Positions 29,241 through 39,216 of a stretch of DNA of 64,000 bases are shown here, one piece after another (within the stretch, counting starts at the first letter, position 1; every line of letters starts with the position of its first letter). The notes below the pieces were generated by a model that did not search any database, was not told where the DNA came from, and worked only from the letters and a program-made list of their open reading frames with translations. Made by a program: the position numbers and the translations under genes. The stretch covers positions 160,001 to 224,000 of the forward strand of contig JBNKBE010000001.1 of the NCBI GenBank assembly GCA_050287085.1. The letters are read 5' to 3'. Source of the stretch: Polyangiaceae bacterium. GTDB taxonomy: Bacteria; Myxococcota_A; Polyangia; Polyangiales; Polyangiaceae.

Positions 29241-30773
29241 TCATTCGCTAGCTCCTCGGGTCCAGCGCAGCTCCGGCTTGCGCGCAGCCCGGGCCTCGTC
29301 CAGACGGCGTACTCGTGTCTTATGCGGAGCGCTCTTGACGAGCTCGGGCTGGGCATAGGCCTCCGCTTTGATCGCGGCAAGCGCATCCACGAACGAATCC
29401 AGGGTCGCTTTCGTCTCGGTTTCGGTCGGTTCGATCATCAAAGCGCCCCGCACAACCAGGGGGAAATACACCGTGGGAGGATGGTATCCGTAGTCGATGA
29501 GTCGCTTGGCGATGTCCAACGTGCGAACGCCCGTGTCTCGCTCCAAGCTGCGGTCGGTGAACACGGCTTCGTGGAGGTGAGGCACATCGAAACCAAGATC
29601 CAGATGTTCTTTCAAACGTGCCGCGAGGTAGTTGGCATTCAAGACCGCCAGATCGGCGACCCGGCGCAGGCCGTCCGCCCCTAGTTCCCGGATGTAGGTG
29701 TAGGCGCGGACCATCATCCCGAAATTCCCAAAAAATGAATGAACGCGGCCAACGCTCTCGGGTCTATCCGCGTCCAGATAGTACCCACCTTCACCTCGGG
29801 CAATCACGGGACCTGGCTGAAAGGGGGCTAGGGCAGCCTTGAACGCCACGGGTCCAGAACCGGGGCCACCCCCGCCGTGAGGTGTCGTGAAGGTCTTATG
29901 CAGGTTGTACTGCATAACATCCACGCCAACGTCGCCCGGTCGAGCTCGCCCCAAGATGGCGTTCATGTTGGCGCCGTCACCATAGACTAGGCCCCCGCGC
30001 TCATGCACCATCGCCGCAATCTGGGGCATTGCCGTCTCGTACAGACCGAGAGTATTGGGGTTGGTTAGCATTAACCCCGCAACGTCGTCACCCGCGGCCT
30101 CCAGCACGCGCGCCAGCACCTCAGGGTCCACCTTTCCCCCATGGGTTTCAAAGGCCACGGTGGTAAACCCATTCACTGCACAGCTAGCCGGGTTTGTGCC
30201 GTGAGCGCTATCCGGAATGAAGACCTTCTTCGGTGTGCGACCTCTTGCCTGATGATACGCCCTGATCATCATCAGGCCAGTGAGCTCACCCTGTGCACCC
30301 GCTGCCGGCTGAAGAGACACCGCGTCCATACCCGCAACCTCAGCCAGCAGCTCTTGCAGCTCGAACATGAGCTGCAGTGCCCCTTGTACGGTGGCGCTGG
30401 GCGAATACGGATGAAGCTCGGCAAAGCCCGGGAGCGCGGCCGCCCATTCGTTGACCTTGGGGTTGTACTTCATCGTACAAGAACCAAGCGGGAAGAACTG
30501 CGTATCGATCGAGAAGTTCCACTGGCTCAAACGTACGAAGTGGCGCACCACCTCGGGTTCGCTGACCTCCGGAAGGTCCGGTGAAGTGCTCCGAGCCAGT
30601 GCCCCGAGCTGCTTGGCCACGTCGACCGCAGGCACGTCGAGCTCGGGCAACGAAGCCCCGCTACGGCCCGCCACACTGCGCTCGAAGAGAATGGGTTCGA
30701 CGAACTGAAATCCGCTTCTTCCCTGATCGCAAGCAGCAAACACTACGGAATCTGATCCGGACACGTCGCTCAT
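29241..30773 (-). CDS. gcvPB: Glycine dehydrogenase (decarboxylating) subunit 2
   Basis: PLGSCTMKYNPK, QPAAGAQGE, SAHGTNPAS, TNPNTLG, NLHKTFTTPHGGGGPG, IEPTETE. Confidence 0.95.
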   Translation of the reverse strand: MSDVSGSDSVVFAACDQGRSGFQFVEPILFERSVAGRSGASLPELDVPAVDVAKQLGALARSTSPDLPEVSEPEVVRHFVRLSQWNFSIDTQFFPLGSCTMKYNPKVNEWAAALPGFAELHPYSPSATVQGALQLMFELQELLAEVAGMDAVSLQPAAGAQGELTGLMMIRAYHQARGRTPKKVFIPDSAHGTNPASCAVNGFTTVAFETHGGKVDPEVLARVLEAAGDDVAGLMLTNPNTLGLYETAMPQIAAMVHERGGLVYGDGANMNAILGRARPGDVGVDVMQYNLHKTFTTPHGGGGPGSGPVAFKAALAPFQPGPVIARGEGGYYLDADRPESVGRVHSFFGNFGMMVRAYTYIRELGADGLRRVADLAVLNANYLAARLKEHLDLGFDVPHLHEAVFTDRSLERDTGVRTLDIAKRLIDYGYHPPTVYFPLVVRGALMIEPTETETKATLDSFVDALAAIKAEAYAQPELVKSAPHKTRVRRLDEARAARKPELRWTRGASE

Positions 30774-30900
30774 GGGGGCGGTATACACGATCGTCATGCA
30801 AATCGCCCGCCGAGCGAATTGAACCGGACGCGCGATTCAACGGCGAGGCGGACGCATCAGACACCTCCCCCACGGGGGCCACACGGGCCCGTCCCCGACG

Positions 30901-31566
30901 CTACTCGTCCGAGCTCTGGGCGCCGTCACCGTCGCCCGCGGCATTCTCATCGGCGGCTTCGCCGCTACTCGGCTTGGCACCAGCGGCTGCGTCGCTCGGC
31001 CCCGAGTCCCAGTCCCCACCCTTGACGCTGGTCTGCGTCTCGTCCGGCATTACAGCGTTGAAATCGGGGTCCACATTGCGCTGCTTGACGCAATTCCACG
31101 GGTTGCCGCCCTCATCGTCTCCGAGGCCCCACTCCCCGTGCAGCTCGTGGTCTTGACCATTGCCAGGATCTACGTAGCGAAAGAAGCCCTGCCCTTCGGT
31201 CGTCGCGTTCGGCCCGAACATCCCGATCTTGTGCTCTTTCCACTGAAAACGCAGCACATCTCCATCGGCTTTGCCGTGCAGTTCACCCCACTTGTCGCCC
31301 GCACTGGTTCGCCACTTGCCCGTGACGTTCTCGCCGGTGGCCAGAATGTGGAGGAAGCCGTAGGTCTGATCGTAATAGACCCCCCGCCAACTGCCGTCGG
31401 CTGGCATCGGACCGGGCTTGAGGTCCGCTTTGACAACAGCCGGCGCCTGGGGGCCGCAAGCTGTCGCTGCCACTCCGCTCAGGGAGAGGCCCAGGCCCAA
31501 AAATAGCACTTGCAGGAGCCGCCTCGGTGCGCGGTCAACCGTCCGCATATTGGTGTCCAACTTCAT
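30901..31566 (-). CDS. Hypothetical lipoprotein
   Basis: Hydrophobic signal ending in ATAC, Trp/Gly-rich beta-type domain, acidic tail. Confidence 0.7.
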   Translation of the reverse strand: MKLDTNMRTVDRAPRRLLQVLFLGLGLSLSGVAATACGPQAPAVVKADLKPGPMPADGSWRGVYYDQTYGFLHILATGENVTGKWRTSAGDKWGELHGKADGDVLRFQWKEHKIGMFGPNATTEGQGFFRYVDPGNGQDHELHGEWGLGDDEGGNPWNCVKQRNVDPDFNAVMPDETQTSVKGGDWDSGPSDAAAGAKPSSGEAADENAAGDGDGAQSSDE

Positions 31567-31655
31567 GGCGCCGCAGAGTACCACTTGTCCCACATCAAAG
31601 AACCTTCATCGCGTGCGGGCCGGACGGCTGGAGAGCCTCCCCGACCGCCCAGAGC

Positions 31656-32558
31656 TCACGCACCCTTCAATCGCCGTCCCAACATGCGACCGCATTCGAA
31701 AGCTTCATCTACGTTGGAGGGCCACCCGATGCGCATTTCCTCGTAGCGCAGTCGTGATCCGTCGGGTTCCGCTAGCATCCCTCGCAACCACAGCTCGTCG
31801 CCGTCTCGTAGCGCATAGGCCCCGACGGGAACCTGGCAGCTGCCGTCGACCGCCAGCATCACCCCCCGCTCTGCGCTCACGACTGTCTCCGTTTCTCGAT
31901 CTTGGACCAGAGCCAAAGACTGACGAATGGTCGCGTCATCCGCCCGCACCTCGATGGCCAACGCGCCCTGCCCCACAGCGGGCAGACACTCTTCGGCGCT
32001 AAACGCGTGGGTGTAGAGCTTAGCAACGCCCAACCGATTCATGCCCGCACACGCAAGCACAACGGCGTCGACCTCACCCTGCTCACACTTCCGAATCCGA
32101 GTATCGATATTCCCACGGATCGGAACATAATCCAGATCCGGTCGGAGCCGACGTAGCTGCACTATACGCCGCAGAGACGATGTTCCCACCTTGGCCCCCT
32201 GCGGAAGCTCCTCAAAACGGCACCCGCTGCGCGTCTTGACCACATCGCGTGCGTCCTCCCGTTTGGGAATGCAGGCCAAGGCAAGTCCGTCCGCAAGCTC
32301 AGCGGGTACGTCTTTGAGCGAATGGACGGCGCAATCCGCCTGCCCTCCCAGAATCGCTTCTTCAATCTCCTTGATGAAGAGCCCTTTGCCGCCAATCTCC
32401 ATCAACGACCGGTCCACGATGCGGTCTCCGGTAGTCACGACATGAAGCTCCTCGGTCTGCACACCCGTTGCGGCCTCGAAAGACCGCATCCAGGCCCGAG
32501 CCTGAGCGAGCGCCAGCGCACTCTTGCGCGTCGCCACAATTACCTTGCTGTCTACCAT
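31656..32558 (-). CDS. hemC: Hydroxymethylbilane synthase
   Basis: ATRKSALALAQ, GGKGLFIKE, AVHSLKD, GTSSLRR, RGNIDTR, GSCQVP. Confidence 0.97.
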   Translation of the reverse strand: MVDSKVIVATRKSALALAQARAWMRSFEAATGVQTEELHVVTTGDRIVDRSLMEIGGKGLFIKEIEEAILGGQADCAVHSLKDVPAELADGLALACIPKREDARDVVKTRSGCRFEELPQGAKVGTSSLRRIVQLRRLRPDLDYVPIRGNIDTRIRKCEQGEVDAVVLACAGMNRLGVAKLYTHAFSAEECLPAVGQGALAIEVRADDATIRQSLALVQDRETETVVSAERGVMLAVDGSCQVPVGAYALRDGDELWLRGMLAEPDGSRLRYEEMRIGWPSNVDEAFECGRMLGRRLKGA

Positions 32559-33937
32559 TAGCTCACTTTCTGCTGTGAAGGGGGCGCCCCCGCTTCAGGC
32601 TCGGTACTACCACCCGTGACCGCGCCGCGTCGTGCAGCCGGACTCGCCGTATCCGCAATGCCCGCGTCCGGTGCTAAGTCGAAGAGACTCCTGAGCAGCG
32701 CCACCTGCTGATCTAGCTCCGCCTGCGCTTCGTCGTCGACAGCCAATGAGCGAAGGTGGCGAAGCGCGGGATGTAGCAGCTTGTTCATTCCCGCTTCCAA
32801 CATCCGCTCCAACGCTTCGCGGTCGTCGGCGCTTAGATGCTTCAGCTTGCCTCGAAGACTGCGCTCCAGCTCCACCTTGAAGACACCAGCAAACTGACTT
32901 CTCAACGCGACGATCGTGGGAGTGGCCTGCTCCGCGCTCAGCGCTCGCTCGTATGCACGGGTTTCTGACAGGATGAGTTCTTCCGCAACAGCGGCCTCAC
33001 GCTGTCTTGAACTCAGCGTCTCGGCTACAATCTGGGACAGGTCATCCACGTTGTAGAGAAATACGGAGTCAAGGTCACCAATCTCGGGGTCGATGTCCCG
33101 AGGCACCGCGAGGTCGATGAAGAAGAGGTTCCGGCCTTTGCGACGACGGCGTGCCGCGGCCACCATATCGCGGGTGATGACGTAGCCGGGAGCGCTAGTA
33201 GTAGAGACGACAACGTCGACCTCGGCCAGCGTCTCGCCTAACTCATCCAGCGAACGCGGCTGTCCCCCGAGCTCGAGCACCAACTCCTTGACGCGCTCCT
33301 GGTTGCGTCCAACGACGACCAACTCAGCCCCAGCACCCGCCAGCAACTTGGCGGCAGATTCGCCCATGGCGCCCGACCCCACGAGTGCGGCTCGGTGTCC
33401 ACGCAAGTCGCCGAAGATCTGACGTGCCAGCTCCACAGCCACACTTGGCACGCTGACCTGCCCAGCCCCCACCGTCGTTTCGCTACGCACCCGTTTGGCC
33501 GCGCGCACCGCATGCCCCATGACACGCCTGAGACGTCCTCCGATCGTCCCAGCCGCCTGAGCAAAGTCGAAGGCCTCTTTGACCTGTCCCAGAATCTGAG
33601 GTTCACCCAACACTAGCGAATCCAGCGAAGCGGCCACTCGAAATAGATGCAGCACCGCCGCCTCGCCCTCGCGGCGGTACAAATGCCCGGCGATGCCCGG
33701 CACACGCGCCGCCAGGACACGCTCGACCGCGTGTGCAACGTCACCCGTACTTTCATGCGCCTTGCCGGAAGCGATGATTTCGACGCGATTGCAGGTGGAG
33801 ACAATCATCGCCTCACCGACCTCGTCGGCGCAGACCAATTGACCGAGCACCTCAGTCAGCGACTCTCCGTTGAGAGCAGCCTGCTCCCGAACCTCGATCG
33901 GCGCCGTCTTGTGGGAAAGCCCGACAACGACAATCAT
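32558..33937 (-). CDS. hemA: Glutamyl-tRNA reductase
   Basis: GLSHKTAP, STCNRVE, LDSLVLGEPQILGQVK, DLAVPRD. ATGA overlap with the upstream gene and TAATG overlap with hemC. Confidence 0.97.
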   Translation of the reverse strand: MIVVVGLSHKTAPIEVREQAALNGESLTEVLGQLVCADEVGEAMIVSTCNRVEIIASGKAHESTGDVAHAVERVLAARVPGIAGHLYRREGEAAVLHLFRVAASLDSLVLGEPQILGQVKEAFDFAQAAGTIGGRLRRVMGHAVRAAKRVRSETTVGAGQVSVPSVAVELARQIFGDLRGHRAALVGSGAMGESAAKLLAGAGAELVVVGRNQERVKELVLELGGQPRSLDELGETLAEVDVVVSTTSAPGYVITRDMVAAARRRRKGRNLFFIDLAVPRDIDPEIGDLDSVFLYNVDDLSQIVAETLSSRQREAAVAEELILSETRAYERALSAEQATPTIVALRSQFAGVFKVELERSLRGKLKHLSADDREALERMLEAGMNKLLHPALRHLRSLAVDDEAQAELDQQVALLRSLFDLAPDAGIADTASPAARRGAVTGGSTEPEAGAPPSQQKVS

Positions 33938-34755
33938 ACGGCGCCAACCCCTACGGCGCGCGCAACGTATACGAGAACGACCAGCAGCACACACGACAGC
34001 CCCAACAGAGTCCCCATTGCGGCTCTACGTCCACGCCAGCCGGCAAGCGCGCGCAAGACCAACACCGCAGCCACCACGGCCCAAGCCAGATAGGCCAACC
34101 CGGCTCGCAGCTGCGCGCTAGCCGACATCTCGGCAACACGCGACATGAACACCATCCCCGTTACCACCCCGAAGGTGAGAAGCGGAAAGCCGGTGAGCAG
34201 CAAGCGATGCTCAGTCGTGTCGAGCAAGTCGAGGGCGGGAAAACGCCCCAGGTGCAGAGCCCGCCGCTTGTGCTTGAGCCGCCGCTCCTGAACCAAATAG
34301 AAGAGCCCCGCCGCACCGGCGAGCAAGAACAAGCCAAGACCCAGCACGTTGGCTGAGATATGCGCCATCAATAGGACCCGTGAGAGTCCGAGCTGAACGG
34401 GCGCGGTGCCAACAAAGTGAGCCCCGACCAAGAAGGTCAATGCCAACGGCGCCACGGCAACGCCCAGGGCTGCGACCCCCAGCTTCCGTCCCAAGGCCCA
34501 ATACGCCATCGCCAAGACCCAAGCGGAAAAACTCAGCGCGAAAGGCAAGGACGCGATGGGACAGGTTCCGGTGACAAAACTGGTGAGCACCAGATGCACC
34601 GAATGCAGAGCGCTGCCCGCTGCGAGTGCACGAGTGGCCCAGGTCGTCGCCGTTGCGGCGCCTGCTGGGCGCGCCAAGTCTACAAAGTAGAGCGTCGAGG
34701 CAACCGAGTAGGCCACCACCCCGAGCAAGAATGCTACGTTGGCGAAAGGCTCCAT
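33934..34755 (-). CDS. ccsA: Cytochrome c assembly family membrane protein (CcsA/HemX-like)
   Basis: About 8 TM helices, YLVQERRLK, GFPLLTFG, GWRGRRAA. Classic position upstream of hemA. Confidence 0.8.
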   Translation of the reverse strand: MEPFANVAFLLGVVAYSVASTLYFVDLARPAGAATATTWATRALAAGSALHSVHLVLTSFVTGTCPIASLPFALSFSAWVLAMAYWALGRKLGVAALGVAVAPLALTFLVGAHFVGTAPVQLGLSRVLLMAHISANVLGLGLFLLAGAAGLFYLVQERRLKHKRRALHLGRFPALDLLDTTEHRLLLTGFPLLTFGVVTGMVFMSRVAEMSASAQLRAGLAYLAWAVVAAVLVLRALAGWRGRRAAMGTLLGLSCVLLVVLVYVARAVGVGAV

Positions 34756-34831
34756 GACTATCGAGCAGCGTGCTCGGAGAGCCGCGGAGCCGCAAGTCCT
34801 AAGCGCTGGATGACAGGACTTCGAGGTGGCG

Positions 34832-36211
34832 TCAGAACCCGCTCCGCGCGACCGCTCGGTCACCCGGCACGATCTCGTGGCGCGACTCCACGATCAACGC
34901 CAAAGAACTGAACGCTCTAGTCGAGATCACGCGAAGTTCGGCCACTATCTCCTCGGGAAATTCCTGCTCGTCACCGTGCAAGGGGGCTTTCTCCACCTGA
35001 AGGCGCTCCGGAACGTCCATCTTCAGCCGATAGGCCGCGTCCCGCGCCCCACCGGGAAGCGTGCGACGCCAAGCGTCTCCGCGCCGGATGACGAACAGAC
35101 GATTGCCTTCGCGCAGGCCATCCTTGCGGCCTCGGTCGATGAACACCACCTGTTGCCCTCCAAGAACCTGGTTGGGATAAATGCTCGTGAGCAGTCGGGC
35201 GGCAATATTCTTTGTCGCCGGCACCGGGGCGACGAAGCGAAAGTCGCGCTCGACGTGTCCCACTTTGGAGCCTCGCTCGATGACATCCAGGCTCTCGACG
35301 ATCTCCCCTCGAACGACACGCGTTCTCGGATTGAAGTAGTCGACCCTGAGGGACCCGAGAATACGCACGATATCGCCGGGCGGTCGCCTCGCGCCGCGCG
35401 GCGTCGGGGGCTCTCGACTGGAACGGAAGATCGTGATGACCTCGCCCGCCTTGACCGACTGCCCGGGTCTGAGCACGGCGTAAACGCCGTCCCCTTCGGC
35501 CATGATCTGTACCGGCTTCAGCGCGCCGACCAGCTCCCCAAGAACGCCCTTGTCTGGGTCATCGATGTAGGCGTGGTGACGGAGAAAGATCGTCTCGGGA
35601 TCCATGCTGGCGCGCAGCGGTCCCGACTGACCCGCACCCAGCGTGCGGGTCTCGGTGGCCTTTGCCGAGCCCGTGGACACTGCTGTTAATCGGATCTCGT
35701 CGCCCGGGTAAATCCAATGAGGATTCTGGATCTGCGGGTTGAGACTCCACAGTTTTGGCCACTCCCAGGGCTGCCCATAGAGACGCTGCGAGACGCGCGA
35801 CAGCGTATCGCCCGGACGGACCACGTAAACGCCGGTATTGCTGGTGGCGCGCTCGACCGACATGCCCACCGCATTCGGATCCCCGCGCACTACATCGCTC
35901 GCGCCGGAAGCGCCATGGTCGTTGAGATCAAAGCCGTCTCCCTGATGGATGTCACTCAGGGCGCGTGAGCTGGAGCCGAGATGCCCTTCCAGGTCGGTGC
36001 CCGGCGCGGGAAATCCGAACGGGGTGCTGGTCGTGGTTGTCGCTTGCCCCTGCGGGATCGCGCCAGCGGGCAGCGTGATCGAAACCCGCTGCCCCCCACT
36101 CCCCGGGCCCGCCCCGTCCCCGGTGCTAGACGCACCGGATGTATCGTCCTGCGCGTAAGCCGGGGCGACACCCCAAACGCACACCGCCAAAGCGAACCAA
36201 TACGTCTTCAT
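34832..36211 (-). CDS. LysM peptidoglycan-binding domain protein
   Basis: Signal peptide. YVVRPGDTLSRVS...WPKLWSLNPQIQNPHWIYPGD. C-terminal VFIDRGRKDG. Confidence 0.9.
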   Translation of the reverse strand: MKTYWFALAVCVWGVAPAYAQDDTSGASSTGDGAGPGSGGQRVSITLPAGAIPQGQATTTTSTPFGFPAPGTDLEGHLGSSSRALSDIHQGDGFDLNDHGASGASDVVRGDPNAVGMSVERATSNTGVYVVRPGDTLSRVSQRLYGQPWEWPKLWSLNPQIQNPHWIYPGDEIRLTAVSTGSAKATETRTLGAGQSGPLRASMDPETIFLRHHAYIDDPDKGVLGELVGALKPVQIMAEGDGVYAVLRPGQSVKAGEVITIFRSSREPPTPRGARRPPGDIVRILGSLRVDYFNPRTRVVRGEIVESLDVIERGSKVGHVERDFRFVAPVPATKNIAARLLTSIYPNQVLGGQQVVFIDRGRKDGLREGNRLFVIRRGDAWRRTLPGGARDAAYRLKMDVPERLQVEKAPLHGDEQEFPEEIVAELRVISTRAFSSLALIVESRHEIVPGDRAVARSGF

Positions 36212-36627
36212 CGCGCGACCTCCGTCGAGGCTCCCGGCGGGTCGGTGGCGAGCTCAGCTCCCGTCCCAACGATGCGGATGGGGGCCTCGTCGTCCGCAGA
36301 GTCTGGAGCGAAGGCTTGGGTGGCCCGGGCTTCTGGGGCCTCCGGCGCCCCGGAGTCCGACGGAGTTAGAGTGATCACCTGAAGGTCCGGGGGGGCCTCG
36401 GGCTGAGTCGCCGGCCCCGAGGCTGAACGCGCGCGCTCCCGACGGGCGTCGGGGGTCGACTCGCGGGCCTCAAGCGCCGCCAGGCGAGCCTCAAAGCGCT
36501 CTCCCTCCGACTGCAAGATCAGAATCTTGTCTTGAAGGACCTCGATCTGTTGCTGGTAGGCAGCGCTTTGGGACGCACATCCTTGCGAGACCCAGAGCGC
36601 GAGCAAGCCGCACACCCGTCGTACCAT
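36208..36627 (-). CDS. Small coiled-coil lipoprotein
   Basis: Signal ending in SQGC, heptad-like QIEVLQDKILILQSEGERFEARLAALE. ATGA overlap with the LysM gene. Confidence 0.65.
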   Translation of the reverse strand: MVRRVCGLLALWVSQGCASQSAAYQQQIEVLQDKILILQSEGERFEARLAALEARESTPDARRERARSASGPATQPEAPPDLQVITLTPSDSGAPEAPEARATQAFAPDSADDEAPIRIVGTGAELATDPPGASTEVAR

Positions 36628-36766
36628 GACCCAAAGCTTATGGGCCGCCCTGGGAACGGACCAGTTTATGTGAACATTTGGAGGTGAGCCACCCTCGGCA
36701 CCGCGCAAACATCGCGGCGAGCGCCCGGGCTGGACGTGGGGGCTAGGCGGTACTAACCTGCGGCTC

Positions 36767-37606
36767 GTGGGCAGAAACCGAAATCGTCGCCGTCGGATCC
36801 GAGAGCTCGATCTCAAGAAGACGCTCTTTGTGCTGCCCAACTTCGTAACGCTCTCCAGCGTTTTCTGCGGGTTCAACGCCATGCGGGTCGTTGCCACCGA
36901 CAACCCGACGACGGACGACTTCTACCGTGCGGCGATCCTGCTCACGTTCGCGATGCTCTTCGACCTGCTCGACGGGCGAATCGCCCGTCTGACGCGGACT
37001 CAGAGCGCCTTCGGGCTCCAACTCGACTCGCTTGCCGACGTCATTAGTTTTGGAGTCGCCCCCTCCCTGTTGATGTACAAGTGGATGTTATTCCGCTTGC
37101 CTGCGGGCAGCTTCATCGCCTTCGCTTTCACCGCCTGCGGTGCGATCCGCTTGGCGCGCTTCAACGTGCTCACGACGGGCGCCACGGGGGCGCCCATCAA
37201 GCCGGGGAAGTACACGATGGGACTGCCGATCCCGCCCGCAGCCGGAATCTTGATCGCCGTCTTGCTCGCGGACCACGCAGTGGGCGGGGCTCTAGGACAC
37301 GAAAAGTACGCAGTCGGTGTCGCGGCCGTAACCGTCGCGCTGAGCCTGTTTATGGTCTCCAACCTGAAGTTCCGTTCCTTCAAGGATCTGAAGTTCAACA
37401 TGGGCACCGCGATCCTCGTGTTGTTTGCGGTGGGCTCGAGCGCGCTCGTCTGGCGTTACTCCAAACCTCAGTTCGTATTGTTGTGGTTATTGTCTTTCTA
37501 CATCCTGATCGGTCTGTTCGAAACCGTGCGCTCCATCGCGCTCCGACGCGTCGACCATGCCGGAGCGCCGCACTCCTCCCGCGAGTCCGAAACACCGGTC
37601 AGCTGA
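36767..37606 (+). CDS. pssA: CDP-diacylglycerol--serine O-phosphatidyltransferase
   Basis: LPNFVT, DLLDGRIAR...FGLQLDSLADVISFGVAP, RLARFN, GLPIP. Confidence 0.93.
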   Translation: MGRNRNRRRRIRELDLKKTLFVLPNFVTLSSVFCGFNAMRVVATDNPTTDDFYRAAILLTFAMLFDLLDGRIARLTRTQSAFGLQLDSLADVISFGVAPSLLMYKWMLFRLPAGSFIAFAFTACGAIRLARFNVLTTGATGAPIKPGKYTMGLPIPPAAGILIAVLLADHAVGGALGHEKYAVGVAAVTVALSLFMVSNLKFRSFKDLKFNMGTAILVLFAVGSSALVWRYSKPQFVLLWLLSFYILIGLFETVRSIALRRVDHAGAPHSSRESETPVS

Positions 37607-38418
37607 TGGCGCCAAGCTCCGTGGGCGCGCGTGGCCCTGCAATCAATCGCGGCCGCGATCTCGGCCGGGTGTTCCGGGGGCGTCTGAACGGCGCTGGCCG
37701 CTGGGTGAGCGGGTGGCTCTTGGCGGTGGCGCTCGCGAGCTGCCAGTCTGACGACCCCACCCCCACACCCAGCGTCGATGCGCCCCTGGCCGCCCCCAGC
37801 GTCGAGCTCACAGACGAAACTCCCGGTACCCTACTCACTTGGTTGGACAGCGACGGAGAATTCCACGTCGTCGAGTCTGTATCTGAGGTGCCCGCCGAGG
37901 GACGGAGCCAAGTCCGGGTGGTCATCCCAGAGCAGCATGTGGGAACAGGCGAGAGCGTATTGGTCGCCGATCTCACAAATAAGGACGAGACGGGGCACTA
38001 TGCGCTGCGCACCATTTCGCGCAGCGCATGGAACGAGCTGGGCGCAGAGCGACGCAAGGTTCGCCTCGAGGCGAGTCTCGCTCCCTCGGCGTCGCCGACG
38101 GCGGCACTCGATGCCCCCACCGACCCGGGACTGACGGCCAAGGTCAAGGCGACCATCTACGGCGCGTCGTGGTGCAAGCCGTGCCACGATGCAGAAGCTT
38201 TGCTCAAGAAACTGGGCGTCAGCGTCGTGAAGAAGGACATCGAAGAGAGCCGAGCGGCTCAGGCGGAGATGCAGACGAAACTGCAAAAGGCGGGGCGCGG
38301 CGGTGCCTCGATCCCTGTCATCGACGTAGCTGGGGAGCTCTTTGTCGGCTTCAACGCCAACGTGTTGAAGCAAGCGGTGCGACGCGCCGCCAACAAGCTC
38401 TCCGCTCACTCGCCCTAG
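37606..38418 (+). CDS. Lipoprotein with C-terminal glutaredoxin-like domain
   Basis: TGATG overlap with pssA, LASC lipobox-like site, IYGASWCKPC, SIPVIDV...VGF. Confidence 0.8.
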   Translation: MAPSSVGARGPAINRGRDLGRVFRGRLNGAGRWVSGWLLAVALASCQSDDPTPTPSVDAPLAAPSVELTDETPGTLLTWLDSDGEFHVVESVSEVPAEGRSQVRVVIPEQHVGTGESVLVADLTNKDETGHYALRTISRSAWNELGAERRKVRLEASLAPSASPTAALDAPTDPGLTAKVKATIYGASWCKPCHDAEALLKKLGVSVVKKDIEESRAAQAEMQTKLQKAGRGGASIPVIDVAGELFVGFNANVLKQAVRRAANKLSAHSP

Positions 38419-38420
38419 GG

Positions 38421-38503
38421 GAGCGCTGCGCTGCCCCAGAGCGCTGCGCTGCCCCAGAGCGCTGCGCTGCCCCAGAGCGCTGCGCTGCCCCAGAGCGCTG
38501 CGC
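38421..38503. repeat. Perfect 18-bp tandem repeat, ~4.6 copies
   Basis: GAGCGCTGCGCTGCCCCA at 38421, 38439, 38457 and 38475, plus a partial copy at 38493. Confidence 0.97.
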
Positions 38504-38514
38504 GTCGGTTCCGT

Positions 38515-38721
38515 CTAGTCTGCGAGTTCATCCGACTCAGGAATACTGAAGCGCACGCCGCTCCTAGGCCCGGCGTCTTGGCCTCCCGACGCCGTGGCTT
38601 CGCCCTCTGCTTCACTCTGAACGATAGTGTGCTGAGACGCGGAAGCCCGGGCCGCGTCCCGCCGCTGTCGCAGACGCCAAAGAAACAATTGTCGCTCAAC
38701 CAACTGAGAAACTGCGGACAT
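38515..38721 (-). CDS. Small hypothetical protein (68 aa)
   Basis: Good RBS GGAGGT shortly before ATG 38721. Protein begins MSAVSQLVERQLFLWRLRQRR. Confidence 0.55.
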   Translation of the reverse strand: MSAVSQLVERQLFLWRLRQRRDAARASASQHTIVQSEAEGEATASGGQDAGPRSGVRFSIPESDELAD

Positions 38722-39216
38722 CAACACCTCCGTGTAGAGCACGGCCGAGAGCAAGCCACTGAAATAGAGAACACCGATAGGCAACTCGCCGAGGTCCTCC
38801 CGATTTCAGCCGCTCTCAGGCAGAAATGGTCGAGAAGACGACACACTGAATCGCAGCGCCAACACGATGCGTTGATGCCGCGCCGAAACCATAGTGCAGA
38901 GGACCACCACACTGTTTAGTCGCAGCCGACAGCCGCAACCTCGTTAGGGAGTCACAATGTACCCGTGCCCGGCAGGTCCGCCAGGGACTTTAAGCCCGCT
39001 CCCAAAGAAAGCGCCCATAGCCCTTCGGTGGATAGAATATTCCACGGCCCAGGGGCTCGTCTGCGTCGGACTAGGCGTTAGAGAACAAAAGTTGTAACGC
39101 CGCAACACGGGAAGAGACGGAAGGCTCGCGAGGCGCTGCGAAAGCTCTACTTGGGACACAGTCTGGGGCGCACTGGCCATACGATGCCAACACCTCGACC
39201 CAGCGAATCCTTCAGC

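Noticed and set aside
37081..37605. N-terminal extension of the 445 aa ORF 37081..38418
   Set aside because: It lies in an alternative frame inside pssA. The TGATG-coupled start at 37606 explains the real gene.
38421..38503. Tandem repeat as a CRISPR array
   Set aside because: Units are contiguous with no spacers, only 18 bp long, and no cas genes are nearby.
38950..39180. Cobalamin riboswitch-like fragments (GGGAAG, CACTGG, GACCTGCC) and a 78 aa ORF
   Set aside because: The fragments lie in the wrong order or on different strands, and the ORF has no recognisable features.
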